Source: Phyllobates terribilis
Taxonomy: Eukaryota
Reading direction: 5' to 3'
DNA length: 64,000 bases
Assembly (NCBI RefSeq): GCF_046119375.1
Contig: NW_027362765.1
Span: 205,840,001-205,904,000 of the forward strand
Part shown: positions 24,417 through 39,949 of the stretch, one piece after another
Numbering within the stretch: the first letter of the stretch is position 1
Layout of the letters: each line of letters begins with the position of its first letter
The notes under the pieces: generated by a model
What the model was told of the DNA's origin: nothing
What the model saw: only the letters and a program-made list of their open reading frames with translations
The model's database searches: none
Program-made: the position numbers and the translations under genes

Positions 24417-24875
24417 AGGGAATCTCTCACAATATTTTTGCCACTTAATCTGAAAGCAGCATAATGTAGTGACAAAGCCCCTGATTTCGGAAATGTGTCA
24501 CTTATTGGGCTGCTTGATGTAGTTTAGATCAAATCACAGTTTTATCGGCAGGAGATTATCACTGCAGGACTTGTAAACCTGCTGCCATGTAGTCCTCTAT
24601 GTTCATGAACTCCGTATAACCCCGCCCCCCACTAGTGACAGAAAGCTTTCTGCCTATGCACCATGTACACAGAAAGCTGCCAATCAGAGGTGTGGGCGGG
24701 GTTATGCAGAGCTCAGCATTCAGAGAACTAGTAGATCTGCAGCAGATAAAACAGGGATTTTATCAAAACTGCAGCAATCAGCCCCATAAGTGATACATTG
24801 CTGAAATCAGGGTCTCTGCCCTTGCTTCGTGCTGTTCACAGATGGTTTAGCAAAAACCTGCTGACAGATTCACTG
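24417..24875. mobile_element. T2-type MITE, family B (aagggaatctgtcagc-like ends)
   Basis: Homologous to 36850-37425, 54693-55097 and the half copy at 32595-32760. Confidence 0.7.
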
Positions 24876-26092
24876 TAAGAATGGCATACTAGTAAAAAAA
24901 TACACTGCTGTAAAATGCAAAGGGCACTTAACAAATTTGTCACCTCTTAATACATTTATTGCACTTTTTAATGTATTTTCTGATAACTTCAAATAGTCAA
25001 ATAGCAAAATATAAAATAGATAACAAGTTCTTTTTGAGATCACCTTAAAAAAATAGAAACAAACTAAATGGAATGTTGTGAAAGAATAACTAAAATCTTC
25101 TTTTATTTCATTATCTTCCAGACAGTGAAAAGTTCTGATTTTTTTGTAAAAAAGTTAATACATTTATTAGTTTGCTTATTTCTCTCCCAAACACTATGCT
25201 GCAATGCTGTTTCAATGTCCAATGTATGCTCCTTTAGAAGTTCTTTTAACTGCTGCTCTGCTATATCAGTAAACTACTATATATTCAGTCTGTGTACGGG
25301 ACTTTCCATCTCTTAGCCTCTCCGCCCCTGGACTCAAACATAAGCTATTTGTATATGGTATACCGATATTGCCAAGCAGCAGTTGAAAACAGATTCTGAA
25401 AAGAGAATAAGCAGATCATTAATACAGCATTGCAGCATAGAATTTGGGGGAGAAAGGATGAAAGAGTGATCATAGAGAGTTTATTCTTCCATTCTAATAG
25501 TGGACACATAGCAAAGCCCAGACAGATCCCTAAATAATCAATGCAGCCGATCAGTTATGCCACCGTTTTTCACATTATTTCATTTGTTCCTAAAATGGAA
25601 TGTAAGAACAGAAGTTTGAACATAACCCAATAAAGTATATTCCAAAAATCCATAACTTTGCAGTTCTTGGAGCATAGTTAAATGACAAAAAGAAAATGTA
25701 GTTATTATTTAGCCATATAGAACATTAAACATTAACAATAAGCAGTGTACTAAAAAATAAGAATTGTTCACTGCAGATAAACTAATTTGTAACCTTGTTC
25801 TTGATAGAATGTTTCATTTTTTAAGGTATGTATACATTTAGATGAGTAAAGCCCCTTCTCTAGTTTCAATTTTAACCAATGGAAGAAGACAACAAAAGCC
25901 ACAATTTTGCCATTTCTGACCTTTTGTTAAAGTGATATTTATGTTTTTAGTCACTGAAAAATGAACCATGCTTGATAGCTGTGCAGTAATAAACACAATG
26001 TATCCAGAAATATCTATGTTTCCAGGAGTGTAGCTATAGGAAGTATAGGGGCAGCAGTCATACTAGGGACACAAAGAACCCACTGGCACTCA

Positions 26093-26448
26093 AATGGGTT
26101 TTTCCAAGACTTTAATACTGATCAATCCTCATGATAGGTCATCAATACCACATTAGTAGGGGTCTGACTCCTGATCCTGACACCCCAATCTATCAGCTGA
26201 TTGAAGATCCCGCAGTGCACCAGGACTAGCACAGCTCCACAAATTATGTAGTGGCCATGAATAACTGGACATATGAGCAGTTAGATTAAGCATGCAGCCA
26301 CTTCACACAGAGCTTTGTCACTTCTGGTTTTCTATGGCACCTTAAATCAACTGATAAGTAGGGGACTGGGAGTTAGATCTTCAATATCAGTATGGTGAGG
26401 GTCTAACGTAAGGATAGGTCATCGATATTAAATTCCTGGAATATCTCT
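26093..26448. mobile_element. Degenerate T2-type MITE
   Basis: Imperfect TIRs (gggtttttccaagactttaata / tattaaattcctggaatatctct|ttaa). Confidence 0.5.
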
Positions 26449-26532
26449 TTAATAAAACAACTGTAATATTAATGGCACGTTGTAGCTGGAGTCACTGCTA
26501 CAGATTTTGGTGTTTGGAGATTGTGGTGTCTC

Positions 26533-29169
26533 AAGAAAGCACATTAGAGGAGAAAGTGGACCCATTGGGACTCCATGAACATCCACCAAGAAGGCACCAT
26601 AGAGAAGAAAATGGACCCATTGGGGCTCCATGAACCACCACCAAGAAAGTACCATAGAGAAGAAAATGGACTTATTGGGACTCTATGAACCACCACCAAG
26701 AAAGCTCCATAGAGAAGAAAATGGACCCATTAGGACTTCATGAACCACCACCAAGAAAGCACCATAGAGAAAAAAATGGACCTATTAGGACTTCATGAAC
26801 CACCACCAAGAAAGCACTATAGAGAATAAAATGGACCTATTGGGACTCCATGAACCACCACCAAGAAAACACTATAGAGAAGAAAATGGACTTATTGGGA
26901 CTCCATGAACCACCACCAAGAAAGCACCATAGAGAAGAAAATGGACCCATTAGGACTTCATGAACCACCACCAAGAAAGCACTATAGAGAAGAAAATTGA
27001 CTTATTGGGACTCGATGAACCACCACCAAGAAAGCACCATAGAGAAGAAAATGGACCTATTGAGACTCAATGAATCACCACCAAAAAAGCACCATAGAGA
27101 AGAAAATGGACCCACTGGGACTCCATGAACCACCACCAGGAAAGCACCATAGAGAAGAAAATGGACCCATTGGGACTCCATGAACCACCACCAAGAAAGC
27201 ACCATAGAGAAGAAAATGGACCCATTGGGGCTCCATGAACCACCACCAAGAAAGTACCATAGAGAAGAAAATGGACTTATTGGGACTCGATGAACCACCA
27301 CCAAGAAAGTACCATAGAGAAGAAAATGGACTTATTGGGACTCGATGAACCACCACCAAGAAAGCACGATAGAGAAGAAAATGGACCCACTGGGACTTCA
27401 TGAACCACCACCAGGAAAGCACCATAGAGAAGAAAATGGACCCATTGGTACTCCATGAACCACCACCAAGAAAGTACCATAGAGAAGAAAATGGACTTAT
27501 TGGGACTCTATGAACCACCACCAAGAAAGCACCATAGAGAAGAAAATGGACCCATTAGGACTTCATGAACCACCACCAAGAAAGCACCATAGAGAAGAAA
27601 ATGGACCCATTAGGACTTCATGAACCACCACCAAGAAAGCACCATAGACAAAAAAATGGACCTATTAGGACTTCATGAACCACCGCCAAGAAAGCACTAT
27701 AGAGAATAAAATGGACATATTGGGACTCCATGAACCACCACCAAGAAAACACTATAGAGAAGAAAATGGACTTATTGGGACTCCATGAACCACCACCAAG
27801 AAAGCACCATAGAGAAGAAAATGGACCCATTAGGACTTGATGAACCACCACCAAGAAAGCACTATAGAGTAGAAAATGGACTTATTGGGACTTGATGAAA
27901 CACCACCAAGAAAGCACCATAGAGAAGAAAATGGACCTGTTGAGACTCAATGAATCACCACCAAGAAAGCACCATAGAGAAGAAAATGGACCCACTGGGA
28001 CTCCATGAACCACCACCAGGAAAGCACCATAGAGAAGAAAATGGACCCATTGGGACTCCATGAACCACCACCAAGAAAGCACCATAGAGAAGAAAATGGA
28101 CCCATTAGGACTTCCTGAACCACCACCAAGAAAGCACTATAGAGAAGAAAATGGACCTATTGGGACTCCATGAACCACCACCAAGAAAGCACTATAGAGA
28201 AGAAAATGGACTTATTGTGACTCCATTAACCACCACCAAGAAAGCACCATAGAGAATAAAATGGACCCATTAGGACTTCATGAACCACCACCAAGAAAGC
28301 ACTATAGAGGAGAAAATGGACTTATTGGGACTCCATGAACCACCACCAAGAAAGCACCATAGAGAAGAAAATGGACCTATTGGGACTCAAGGAATCACCA
28401 CCAAGAAAGCACCATAAGAGAAGAAAATGGACTTATTGGGACTCCATGAACCACCACCAAGAAAGCACCATAGAGAAGAAAATGGACTTATTGGGACTCC
28501 ATGAACCACCACCAAGAAAGCACCATAGAGAAGAAAATGGACCCACTGGGACTCCATGAACCACCACCCGGAAAGCACCATAGAGAAGAAAATGGACCCA
28601 TTGGGACTCCATGAACCACCACCAAGAAAGCACCATAGAGAAGAAAATGGACCCATTGGGACTCCATGAACCACCACCAAGAAAGCACCATAGAGAAGAA
28701 AATGGACCCATTGGGACTCCATGAACCACCACCAAGAAAGCATTATAGAGGAGAAAATGGAGTTATTGGGACTCCATGAACCACCACCAAGAAAGCACCA
28801 TAGAGAAGAAAATGGACCTATTGGGACTCAAGGAATCACCACCAAGAAAGCACCATAAGAGAAGAAAATGGACTTATTGGGACTCCATGAACCACCACCA
28901 AGAAAGCACCATAGAGAAGAAAATGGACTTATTGGGACTCCATGAACCACCACCAAGAAAGCACCATAGAGAAGAAAATGGACCCACTGGGACTCCATGA
29001 ACCACCACCCGGAAAGCACCATAGAGAAGAAAATGGACCCATTGGGACTCCATGAGCCACCACCAAGAAAGCACCATAGAGAAGAAAATGGACCCATTGG
29101 GACTCCATGAACCACCACCAAGAAAGCACCATAGAGAAGAAAATGGACCCATTGGGACTCCATGAACCA
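26533..29169 (+). repeat. 55-bp satellite array (~48 copies) with higher-order duplications
   Basis: Unit catagagaagaaaatggacccattgggactccatgaaccaccaccaagaaagcac, period 55 (26598, 26653, 26708). Variant patterns recur at offsets 880 and 441. Confidence 0.97.
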
Positions 29170-29963
29170 CTCATATATATGGATGTATTACCAATCACAA
29201 TAGATTTTGGATGAGATAAAATTGTCACAATATAATGTCCAGATATCTCAGATAAGTCTATAGTCAGAAGACATGCATGTGTCTTTAGGAATAGTGGTAA
29301 CATCTCGTACACCATGCTGTCATTTAATGACAGTTTAAGACCATCCCCCGTTAATGACACTAATCAGCAGGATTGTGTATGATTCCCTCACTTCACATCA
29401 TTTTGTGGCTCAATCAAGCTGCTAATGAGTTGTTAATTGATAATTAAAGACATGATTCCACGACGCATGCAGTATGTGAGTTGATAGAGATGGATTATGT
29501 CAGTAAGTGGCATTTACCAGAACTTTACATATATATGTAAACTTCTAGTAAATATCATTAGCAGAAATTAGGACAAGTCTTAATAGTTTTGCCGATAACT
29601 TGCCCAATGTGTAATTCCTGAAATTACAAAGACGAAAAAAAATAATATAGTGATTATGTTTGTAAAGCACTTTACAAATCAATGGCACTATATATATGAG
29701 TAAAATAATTATTTAAATAAATAAAATATAAGATTTAATCATTGATAGCAAATTATATACATAACAAAACAGCAAATAAATAAGGCATCAAATCCACAAA
29801 GTTGATTCTAAAAGCAGTCCTGTCACTGGATTAGATAAAATAGCTTCCAAATATTTTTTGCATTTCTCTAAATCATTGTCTCAACGCGTTTCTCTAGTCT
29901 AAATTGGGGCAGTTCAACAGATGGTGATTTAATTTATAAATAAAATGGGGTCTCATTTACATA

Positions 29964-31597
<1,634 letters not shown>

Positions 31598-32321
31598 TAG
31601 GAATAAATATACTTAACCCAGTAACTATCTGTCCTACACCGCTATATACTGTATATGTGCCTTACTGGGGTAACTCTATAGATTTGTTTGTAATGTATAT
31701 ATTACACTGTGGACAATCATTAGAAAACACTAACTTCTACATAACTGTACTCTCATTATGGAAATACAAGACGGCAAGTTTCCCAATACTGGATTGTATG
31801 ACTTTTTGCCTTTACCCAATAGGGTAAAAGACTGTCTGTTAAACCACATAGATTACATTTTGGCATCTGAACAACACATAGTTAGATCCCAATGATATCC
31901 TATGCAAAGCATCCACTGATTACTGCTCTGATGTCTATTTCATATTTACATCAGTCATTATTAAATGATAGTGATGTAAGTGATTTGTATGAACTGTATA
32001 CACTGTAATATATACACTACAAACAAATCTATAGAGTTATCCTGGTAAGGTATATATAGAGGTAAGCTACCTGTGTCTGTAACAGCCAGTCAAAAAGGGC
32101 TGTCAGACAAAAAGAGATTCCAGCTCAAAAAATTAAAATATAATCATTATTCGTGAATACATTCAAACCCACCAAAAAAGGGGAGGACACAGGATATGTC
32201 AACAATCCAAATAATAAATGGAGAAAATTATATATGCCACCCTCTCTTTAACAATGTATGCAAAAAAAGCAAATGGCATGGAACTATTGTAACCTGCTAT
32301 TATCAATATATAAGAAAGAAT

Positions 32322-32324
<3 letters not shown>

Positions 32325-32389
<65 letters not shown>

Positions 32390-32392
32390 TAT
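32325..32392. repeat. (TA)n microsatellite
   Basis: About 34 TA units with one TG interruption. Confidence 0.98.
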
Positions 32393-33255
32393 AAAGTGCC
32401 ATGGGCAATGTCAATTGTATTGAAAACAAACCAAAAAATCCCTATATATGCAAATGCCTGAGTAATGCAAAAGTAATCCTAGGTGGTAAACAATCAATGA
32501 AAGTTGATAATAAATGGTATATTACCTAGATCAGGGACCACCAAAAAGGAGCAGCAGGTGCTGTATCCTCCCCACACCCAACGCCGTTTCGCCTATACTT
32601 CTCCCGGGGTTGTGTTACACTGGCAGCTTTCTGTGTACACTGCGCATGGGCAGAAAGCTGCCTATCAGTGGTATGGGTCAGGATACATTGCTGGAATCAG
32701 GGTCTCTACCCCTCATTATGCTGTTCACAGATGGGGTAACAAAAACCTGACAGATTCCCTTTAAAGGATATATTTTATCTAATCCTTGTAGTTGCAGTAA
32801 ATTGCCTTTTAGTTCCATTGGCTGAGTTATCAGGATTTATATTGAATTTATTAACTTTCTCAATCTATATTATACCAAAGGGTGAATAATACTACCACTA
32901 GTTAGAGCCAAAAACAGGATGGCATCTCATCATGCTTGATCAGAAAAGCCTTTCCTAAAGTATCACAAGCATCCCATTCTTGATCCAGTAGGACTGGATC
33001 CAATTCCATCGTTGGTGCTAATTATACAATTCGATATGGATCCAAAAGATGGCTACATGGATGGACCTCTAGGGTTACTCTCTTAACCCCAATATTCTAG
33101 TGATCATTGATATTGATTGTTATTAATGAACATGCTCACAATTGTACTGTGCAATGAAAACAACTATGAGAATGATGATATTTATGCAGGTAAACAGGTA
33201 TATTTCTATTTTGTTTTTTTAATATTACTCATATTTTTTCATTTCTACCCTTCAG

Positions 33256-33495
33256 ATACAGGAGCTGGTCCACTCTGAAGGATCCTCTTATGATCCCAAT
33301 CATCAAGTTTCCTTGATAAACCGGTCTGGAATGCTCCCCAGTCACATGAGTGCACTCAGCCAATCACAGCTTATCTCCCAAATGGGAATGAGGAGTGGAG
33401 TTACTCACGGATCACCTTCTCCACCTGGTAGTAAATCGGCTACACCCTCACCTTCGAGCTCCACCCAGGAGGAGGACACGGACTCCCACTATAAG
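33256..33495 (+). CDS. TOX2: TOX2 coding exon (homolog of human exon 4), 240 bp, phase 0-0
   Basis: ttcag|ATA...AAG|gtaaat. Encodes IQELVHSE...[15 protein letters not shown]...[25 protein letters not shown], a recognised TOX2 sequence. Confidence 0.93.
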
Positions 33496-33738
33496 GTAAA
33501 TAGTTCTACATATAATTTCTAGTAGTGTAAAATAGACAGAATTTAAGTATCAACTAAATATTTATATATATAGAAGTTACGGTCACACACTTAATCCTAA
33601 TCCTTTACAAATAATCAGCCATTAGTTCTACACATTTAGAATTATTTAGGTGTTAAAAAATGCTCTTATTTGGCCAGTGTCCATTTGTATTTAGTCTTGT
33701 ATTGAAGAGGTAGTCTCACAAAGATAACCCTGTTTTTA

Positions 33739-34141
33739 AGCATCATTCCAGCGTTTTTTGGGCATTTTTTTCAGTGCTGGAGTGGTGCTACTAATCGAAG
33801 GTCCCTGACCTTTGTCTTATACTTACCCGCTACTGTCTTCACTGTTTATCGGTGCCATGGTGCCATCTTGTGACCACTGACCGGAAGTCAGAAGTAACGG
33901 TCACAAGCTCTCAACGTAAGTCTATGAGAACGAGGGTCTCATAGACTTGCACTGAAAAGTGACCTCCAGCTCACTCAGCAAACACTGGAGCGATTCAGCA
34001 GGTCACAACCTACTGAATTAAACCGGAGCGGTGCTGATAGAAGGTGACGACAGCGGCTGGTGAGTATAAGATAGGTGCAGGTAACTTAGATTAGAAGCAC
34101 CACTCCAGAGCGGCAAAAGGAAAAAATGCTGGAGTGGCGCT
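33739..34141. mobile_element. T2-type MITE in a TOX2 intron
   Basis: TTAA-bounded inverted ends (agcatcattccagc / gctggagtggcgct). Confidence 0.6.
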
Positions 34142-34321
34142 TTAAAAAGAGAAAAGAATCCCTTGTATGATGTTGATATGCAGAAACAGAATAAACAGCA
34201 TATTTCTAGATGTTCTCATGGTAAAACAATATTTAATTCATAGAAATGTAGCTTATGTATTTAGGCCTCCACTCTCAACAGCTAACAAGCCACAATGGAA
34301 CAAAAATGTGTCTGTTTGCAG

Positions 34322-34549
34322 GTTGCTGGAGAGAAACGACCTTCTGCTGACCTGGGTAAAAAGCCAAAAAACCAGAAGAAAAAGAAGAAGAAGGATCCAA
34401 ATGAGCCCCAGAAACCTGTGTCGGCCTATGCCCTATTTTTTAGGGACACACAAGCAGCTATCAAAGGACAGAACCCCAATGCCACATTTGGAGATGTGTC
34501 CAAAATTGTTGCTTCTATGTGGGACAGCCTGGGTGAAGAGCAGAAACAA
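34322..34549 (+). CDS. TOX2: TOX2 exon 5: basic NLS and N-terminal part of the HMG box, 228 bp
   Basis: ttgcag|GTT...CAA|gtgagt. Encodes [58 protein letters not shown]. Confidence 0.97.
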
Positions 34550-34627
34550 GTGAGTGTGCTTTTCCTAGCGGATTACAGTTTCTCTTAAGAAAATTTTTTT
34601 ATTGATGAGAATATTCTTGAGATTTAA

Positions 34628-35320
34628 CACCTTCAGGAACAGCCAATTTTTTATTTTTGTGCTTTTATTTTGTCCTCCTCTTCTTCCACGAGGCATAACT
34701 TCTTTATTATTCTATCGACATAGCCGTATGAGGGCTTGTAATTTTTGGGATAATTTGTATTTTGAATGACACCATTCATTTTACCTCATCATGTACTGAA
34801 AATGTCAGAAACATGATTATTCAAGTCAGTCCTATTACAGCAATAGCAAACGTTGCGTTGTTTACCAATGAAGTTCATTTATTTTATGTTTTGGTAGATC
34901 TGACTTTTACGAATGCAGCGATACAAAATGTGTATTTTTTTCATGACTTTATTTTTAATGGGGCAAAAGAGGAGGGATTTGAACTTTTGTATTTTTTTTT
35001 CTTCATATTTTTTAAAACATTTTTTTCTTCACTTTTTATTGTATTTGTTAATCCCCTTAGAGGACCTGCGATCGTCTGATCACTTGTGCTATACATAGCA
35101 GTGTTTCAGCACCGCACTGCTGTGTATAGCTAAAATCATAGTCTCCTATGAATGCGAGCTACAGGCTAGCTTTCACAGGAGATTCGTAGTGACAGGCACG
35201 GGGGTCATCAGCAGACCCCTGGCTGCCAGGGCAGCCCATCGGTGCCCCAGGTGTGCCGATGTGTGCGTGGAATGACGCGCCCCCCTGCCGGCGCATGTTA
35301 AATGCCGCTATCAGAGATAG
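34628..35320. mobile_element. Fragment of a non-autonomous piggyBac-like element
   Basis: Begins TTAA|CACCTTCAG (CCCCTT-like terminus). The interior resembles common frog piggyBac-like repeats from recall; the right boundary is approximate. Confidence 0.4.
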
Positions 35321-35338
35321 CCCCATCTGCGGCTGTTA

Positions 35339-35533
35339 GACCACGTGCACACGTTGAGTATTTAGTGAGGTTTTTTACCTCAGTATGTGTAAGCCAAAAC
35401 CATGAGTGGGTGATAAATACAGAAGTGGTGACGAGTTTCTATTATACTTTTCCTCTGAATGTTCCTCACCTGGTTTTGGTTTACTAATACTGATGTGAAA
35501 TACTGACCAAATACTCAATGTGTGAATGCGGCC
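35339..35533 (+). mobile_element. ~200-bp MITE, family A
   Basis: TTA TSD on both sides, palindromic arms. Confidence 0.75.
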
Positions 35534-36302
35534 TTAGGAGCAGATGATGGCTGAATAATTCAGCCATCATCTTATGGGAAAGGTGAGGGCCCGGCGTGTG
35601 AGTCCACATCAAAGGCAGGGACATGACATATGACGTAAGTTTACATTATGTGTCGTGAAGAGGTTAATTTCTTTTCTAAGATTTTGATATGAAAAAAACA
35701 TTGCAAATTTTTTAAAAAATGCATGCCACACAAAAACTCATTTAAACAATAAGTCATTTTCTAGTGATAGCTTCCCTTTAAAATAGATCAGGCACAGGTA
35801 CATAATACTATACTTTGCTGTTTACTGATCCATTGCACTGTAGCATCACAGTTGTCATTTTATAGCTGCGCTTCCTACAGGAATCTATGGGCAGATGTGG
35901 TTACTGTTGGTGCAGATCGTGCATTTCATGCTTAAAAGGTTAACATAAGACGAAGAGCTCATAGGATTATTGCCGCACACTCCATAAGATAACGCGCGGT
36001 GAATGGCAGCACATTCACAAATACCTCATTTCAGAGAAACGGAATGATAGATCGCAAAACTGGATTAAACACTTGTCCGAGCCGTGAAGAGATTGCCTTC
36101 AGAATTGGGTTTATACCGTATGAGACACTGCAGGAGTAGCCTTCAATTCAAAGAAAGAAGCAAGATTTACTTACCTTATGGTGGTGAGAACTTCTGCAGG
36201 GACTTCTGCTATTCTGTAGGACAATGTAATGACTGTACCAATGGTATAGAAAACGTAGTCGCTTGTTAGATATATTGGGTTCCTGTTTCTTCAGCACTAT
36301 AA

Positions 36303-36496
36303 GACCACGTTCACACATTGAGTATTTGGTCAGTTTTTTGCATCAGTATTTGTAAGTCAAAACCAGGAGTGGGTGATAAATGCAGAAGTGGTGACGTGTT
36401 TCTATTATAAATTTCCTCTGATTGTTCCTCACCTGGTTTTGGCTTACAAATACTGATGTAAAAAACTCATCAAATACTCAACGTGTGCATGTGGCC
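36303..36496 (+). mobile_element. ~200-bp MITE, family A
   Basis: TAA/TTA flanks; GACCACGTTCACAC...GTGTGCATGTGGCC. Confidence 0.75.
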
Positions 36497-36849
36497 TTAG
36501 GCTACTTTCCCATGGTGAGATTTTGGTGAGGACCCATTTAAAAAAAAAGCCTATTTCACTTAACAGATGCAGAAATGGTGCAGAAAGTCTGCAACATCAA
36601 AAACTCACCAAAAGCAAAAGGGGCATCTGCAACCCCTGGCCTAGAAGGAACTTCTGATTTTTTGGGGGCTATCTGCAAGTAAATTTGCAGAGGTTGAGAG
36701 CTAGTGGCACCATCATAGCATTACTAGAACTATTTCCAGAATATCACTTAACACTAGAGAAAGTATCACTTGGCCATATATTTATTAGGTTACTTTCCTT
36801 TGAATATTAAGAGTGGCCTGTTGAATTGAAAAGCGGCTTGCAACCTTAA

Positions 36850-37425
36850 AGGGAATCTGTCAGCAGATATTTGCTATGGAATCGGAGGGCTGTATGATAT
36901 AGGGAAAGAGGGACTGATTCCAGGGAAGCGTCATTTACTACATTTACTAGACTGCTTGGTGCAGTTTTCATAGAATTCCTGTTTCCTCTGCTGTAGATGT
37001 AGCAGTGCTCAGAATGCTGATCTCTGTATAACCCCGCCCCACACCACTGATTGACAGCTTTCTGTGTACACTGTACATAGTCAGAAAAACCTACAAGAAG
37101 CAAAATGAAAATAAACCCTGCTGTAAATAAATAAAAAGCAAGTGCATTTAAATAAAATAGGGTTCTTAGTAACACTGTTTTTGATCAAAAATAGTATGAA
37201 AGCTATCCCACCAGCGACAAGGTGAACCCGTTCGGGATAGAACATAGTCAGCAAGCTGCTAGTTAGCTGGTCTAGCTTGCAGTCGACACCTAGTTCTGCA
37301 GTGATAATCTCCTGCTGATAAAACACTGATTGTATTGAAACTACAGCAAGCTGCTGAGCAAGTTCTGGAATCAGGCTCTCTGCCCCTACATTATGACGCT
37401 GTCAGATAACATGGCAACAGTCCCT
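36850..37425. mobile_element. T2-type MITE, family B, with a ~180-bp unrelated insert (~37082-37260)
   Basis: TTAA|AGGGAATCTGTCAGC ... CAGTCCCT|TTAA. Confidence 0.7.
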
Positions 37426-38379
37426 TTAATGAGTTTTGGGACCTCTGTTTGAAATTTCACCTCCAGTTATAAATATATCCATATATTAGCGAGCTATTTG
37501 CCAGTTACCTAATTAGGGGACTCTCTTGGGAAGAATAACCTTACTGCACTCTGCAGTGCATGACAGCAGTAGAAAGCAGCAATCTCCTGACAGTAGGCAC
37601 TGTAGACGAGTCTCCTCGGCTTCGGTTTAGAGGGTTTGCTGCTAAACTCTTACAATGGTGGCCTTTAGTGGGAATAGAAGCCTAGTAGACCAATGTAGCT
37701 CAGTCTCCAAAAAGTCCACGACTATCGCCAGGAACAAAGTACAGTATTACACCACCCCAACGCAGGTGTTGAGCTGCACGCAACGCCATCCTACTCATAG
37801 TCTAGAGTGGGTTTCTGATAATGTAACTGTAGCCATGTAGCCATTCATATTTAAATACCAATCTAGACAAAACAGCCATCTATTGCTAATTAAACGTATT
37901 TATGATTTTTTATACAATGACATATTTTATAGATTTTTTTTTATCTCTCCTTTAGAACCCCTCTAGTGTAATTATACATGTTATACATGATTAGTAAAAT
38001 AGGGTCTGATTTTTTTTCCCCTTTCCCCAGAAACACTGATGCTCTTTTAAATAGATTTTCCTAGAATTAAAACCCTTGACTATGGACAACCCCAATAATC
38101 AAAAGATCCTAGGTCCCCTGTTTGGATAAAGCGGTGATGGGGCACCACATTTCCTGTGATCATGTCCCACTAGTGAGATCCCCAGCAATCAGACTCTTAT
38201 TAACACATGTCGTATTTATAGCTTGATTTGGGGAAAACTCATATAGGTATAAAATTAGTGGAAAGTAAAAAGAATCAGGTTTACTTTAATCCCACAGACC
38301 AGCCTTTACTATAAGGAAACAGCCACACACATCAGATTTATTGCAGAAAAACAAATCTGCTACAAAAAGAAACCAGCTA

Positions 38380-39949
38380 CACTGCTCAAAAAAATAAAGG
38401 GAACACTTACACAACAGAATATAACTCCAAGTAAATCAAACTTCTGTGAAATCAAACTGTCCACTTAGGAAGCAACACTGATTGACAATCAATTTCATAT
38501 GCTGTTGTGCAAATGGAATAGACAATAGATGTAAATTATTGGCAATTATCAAGACCCACTCAATAAAGGAGTGGTTCTGCAGGGGGGACCACAGACCACA
38601 TCTCAGTACCAATGCTTTCTTGCTGATGTTTTGGTCACTTTTGAATGTTGGTTGTGCTTTCACACTCGTGGTAGCATGAGACGGACTCTACAATCCACAG
38701 AAGTTGCTCAGGTAGTGCAGCTCATCCAGGATGGCACATCAATGCGAGCTGTGGCAAGAAGGTTTGCTGTGTCTGTCAACGTAGTGTCCAGAGGCTGAAG
38801 GTGCTACCAGTAGACAGGCCAGTACACCAGGAGACGTGGAGGGGGCCGTAGGAGGGCAGCAACCCAGCAGCAGGACCGCTACCTTCGCCTTTGTACAAGG
38901 AGGAACAGGAGGAGCACTGCCAGAGCCCTGCAAAATGACCTCCAGCTGGCCCCAAATGTGCATGTGTCTGCACAAACGGTTAGAAACCGACTCCATGAGG
39001 GTGGTATGAGGGCACGACGTTCACAGATGGGGGTTGTGCTCACAGCCCAACACCGTGCAGGACGCTTGACATTTGCCACAGAACACCAGAATTGGCAAAG
39101 TCGCCCCTGTGCTCTTCACAGATAAAAGCAGGTTCACAGTGAGCACATGTGACAGACGTGACAGAGTCTGGAGACGCTGTGGAGAGCGATCTGCTGCCTG
39201 CAACATCCTTCAGCATGACCGGTTTGGTAGTGGGTCAGTAATGGTGTGGAGTGGCATTTCTTTGGAGGGCCGCACAGCCCTCCATGTGCTTGCCAGAGGT
39301 AGCCTGACTGCCATTAGGTACCGAGATGAGATCCTCAGACCCCTTGTGAGACCATATGCTGGTGTGGTGGCCCGGGTTCCTCCTAATACAGGACAATGCC
39401 AGACCTCATGTGGCTGGAGTGTGTCAGCAGTTCCTGCAAGATGAAGGCATTGAAGCTATGGGCTGGCCCGCCCGTTCCCCAGACCTGAATCCGATTGAGT
39501 ACATCTGAGACATCATGTTTCGCTCCATCCACCAACGTCACGTTGCACCACAGACTGTCCAGGAGTTGGCGGATGCTTTAGTCCAGGTCTGGGAGGAGAT
39601 CCCACAGGAGACCATCCGCAACCTCATCAGGAGCATGCCCAGGCATTGTAGGGAGGTCATACAGACACGTGGAGACCACACACAATACTGAGCCTTATTT
39701 TGACTTGTGTTAAGGACATTACATCAAAGTTGGATCAGCCTGTAGTGTGTTTTTCCACTTTAATTTTGGGGGTGACACCAAATCCAGGCCTCCATTGGTT
39801 AATAAATTTGATTTCCATTGATGATTTTTGTGTGATTTTGTTGTCAGCACATTCAGCTTTGTACAGAACAAAGTATTCAATGAGAATATTTCATTCATTC
39901 AGATCTAGGATGTGTTATTTGAGTGTTCCCTTTATTTTTTTGAGCAGTG
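38380..39949 (+). mobile_element. Full-length Tc1 DNA transposon, copy 2 of family X
   Basis: TA TSD, same TIR and collinear with 14802-16380; 1570 bp. Confidence 0.95.
38676..39691 (+). pseudogene. Tc1 DD34E transposase, disrupted
   Basis: [12 protein letters not shown] start, then FTDKSRF, with stops and frameshifts. Confidence 0.9.

Noticed and set aside
26449-29360. Many W/F-rich ORFs, and the CRISPR-like look of the 55-bp array
   Set aside because: The ORFs are translations of the satellite. The units have no unique spacers, there are no cas genes, and the context is eukaryotic.
32196-32461. ORFs with IYIYIY runs
   Set aside because: These are translations of the (TA)n microsatellite.
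34295-34588. ORF-track starts such as MEQKCVC, MEASRTH and MSMDLVS as stand-alone genes
   Set aside because: They are intron read-ins around real TOX2 exons bounded by AG/GT sites.
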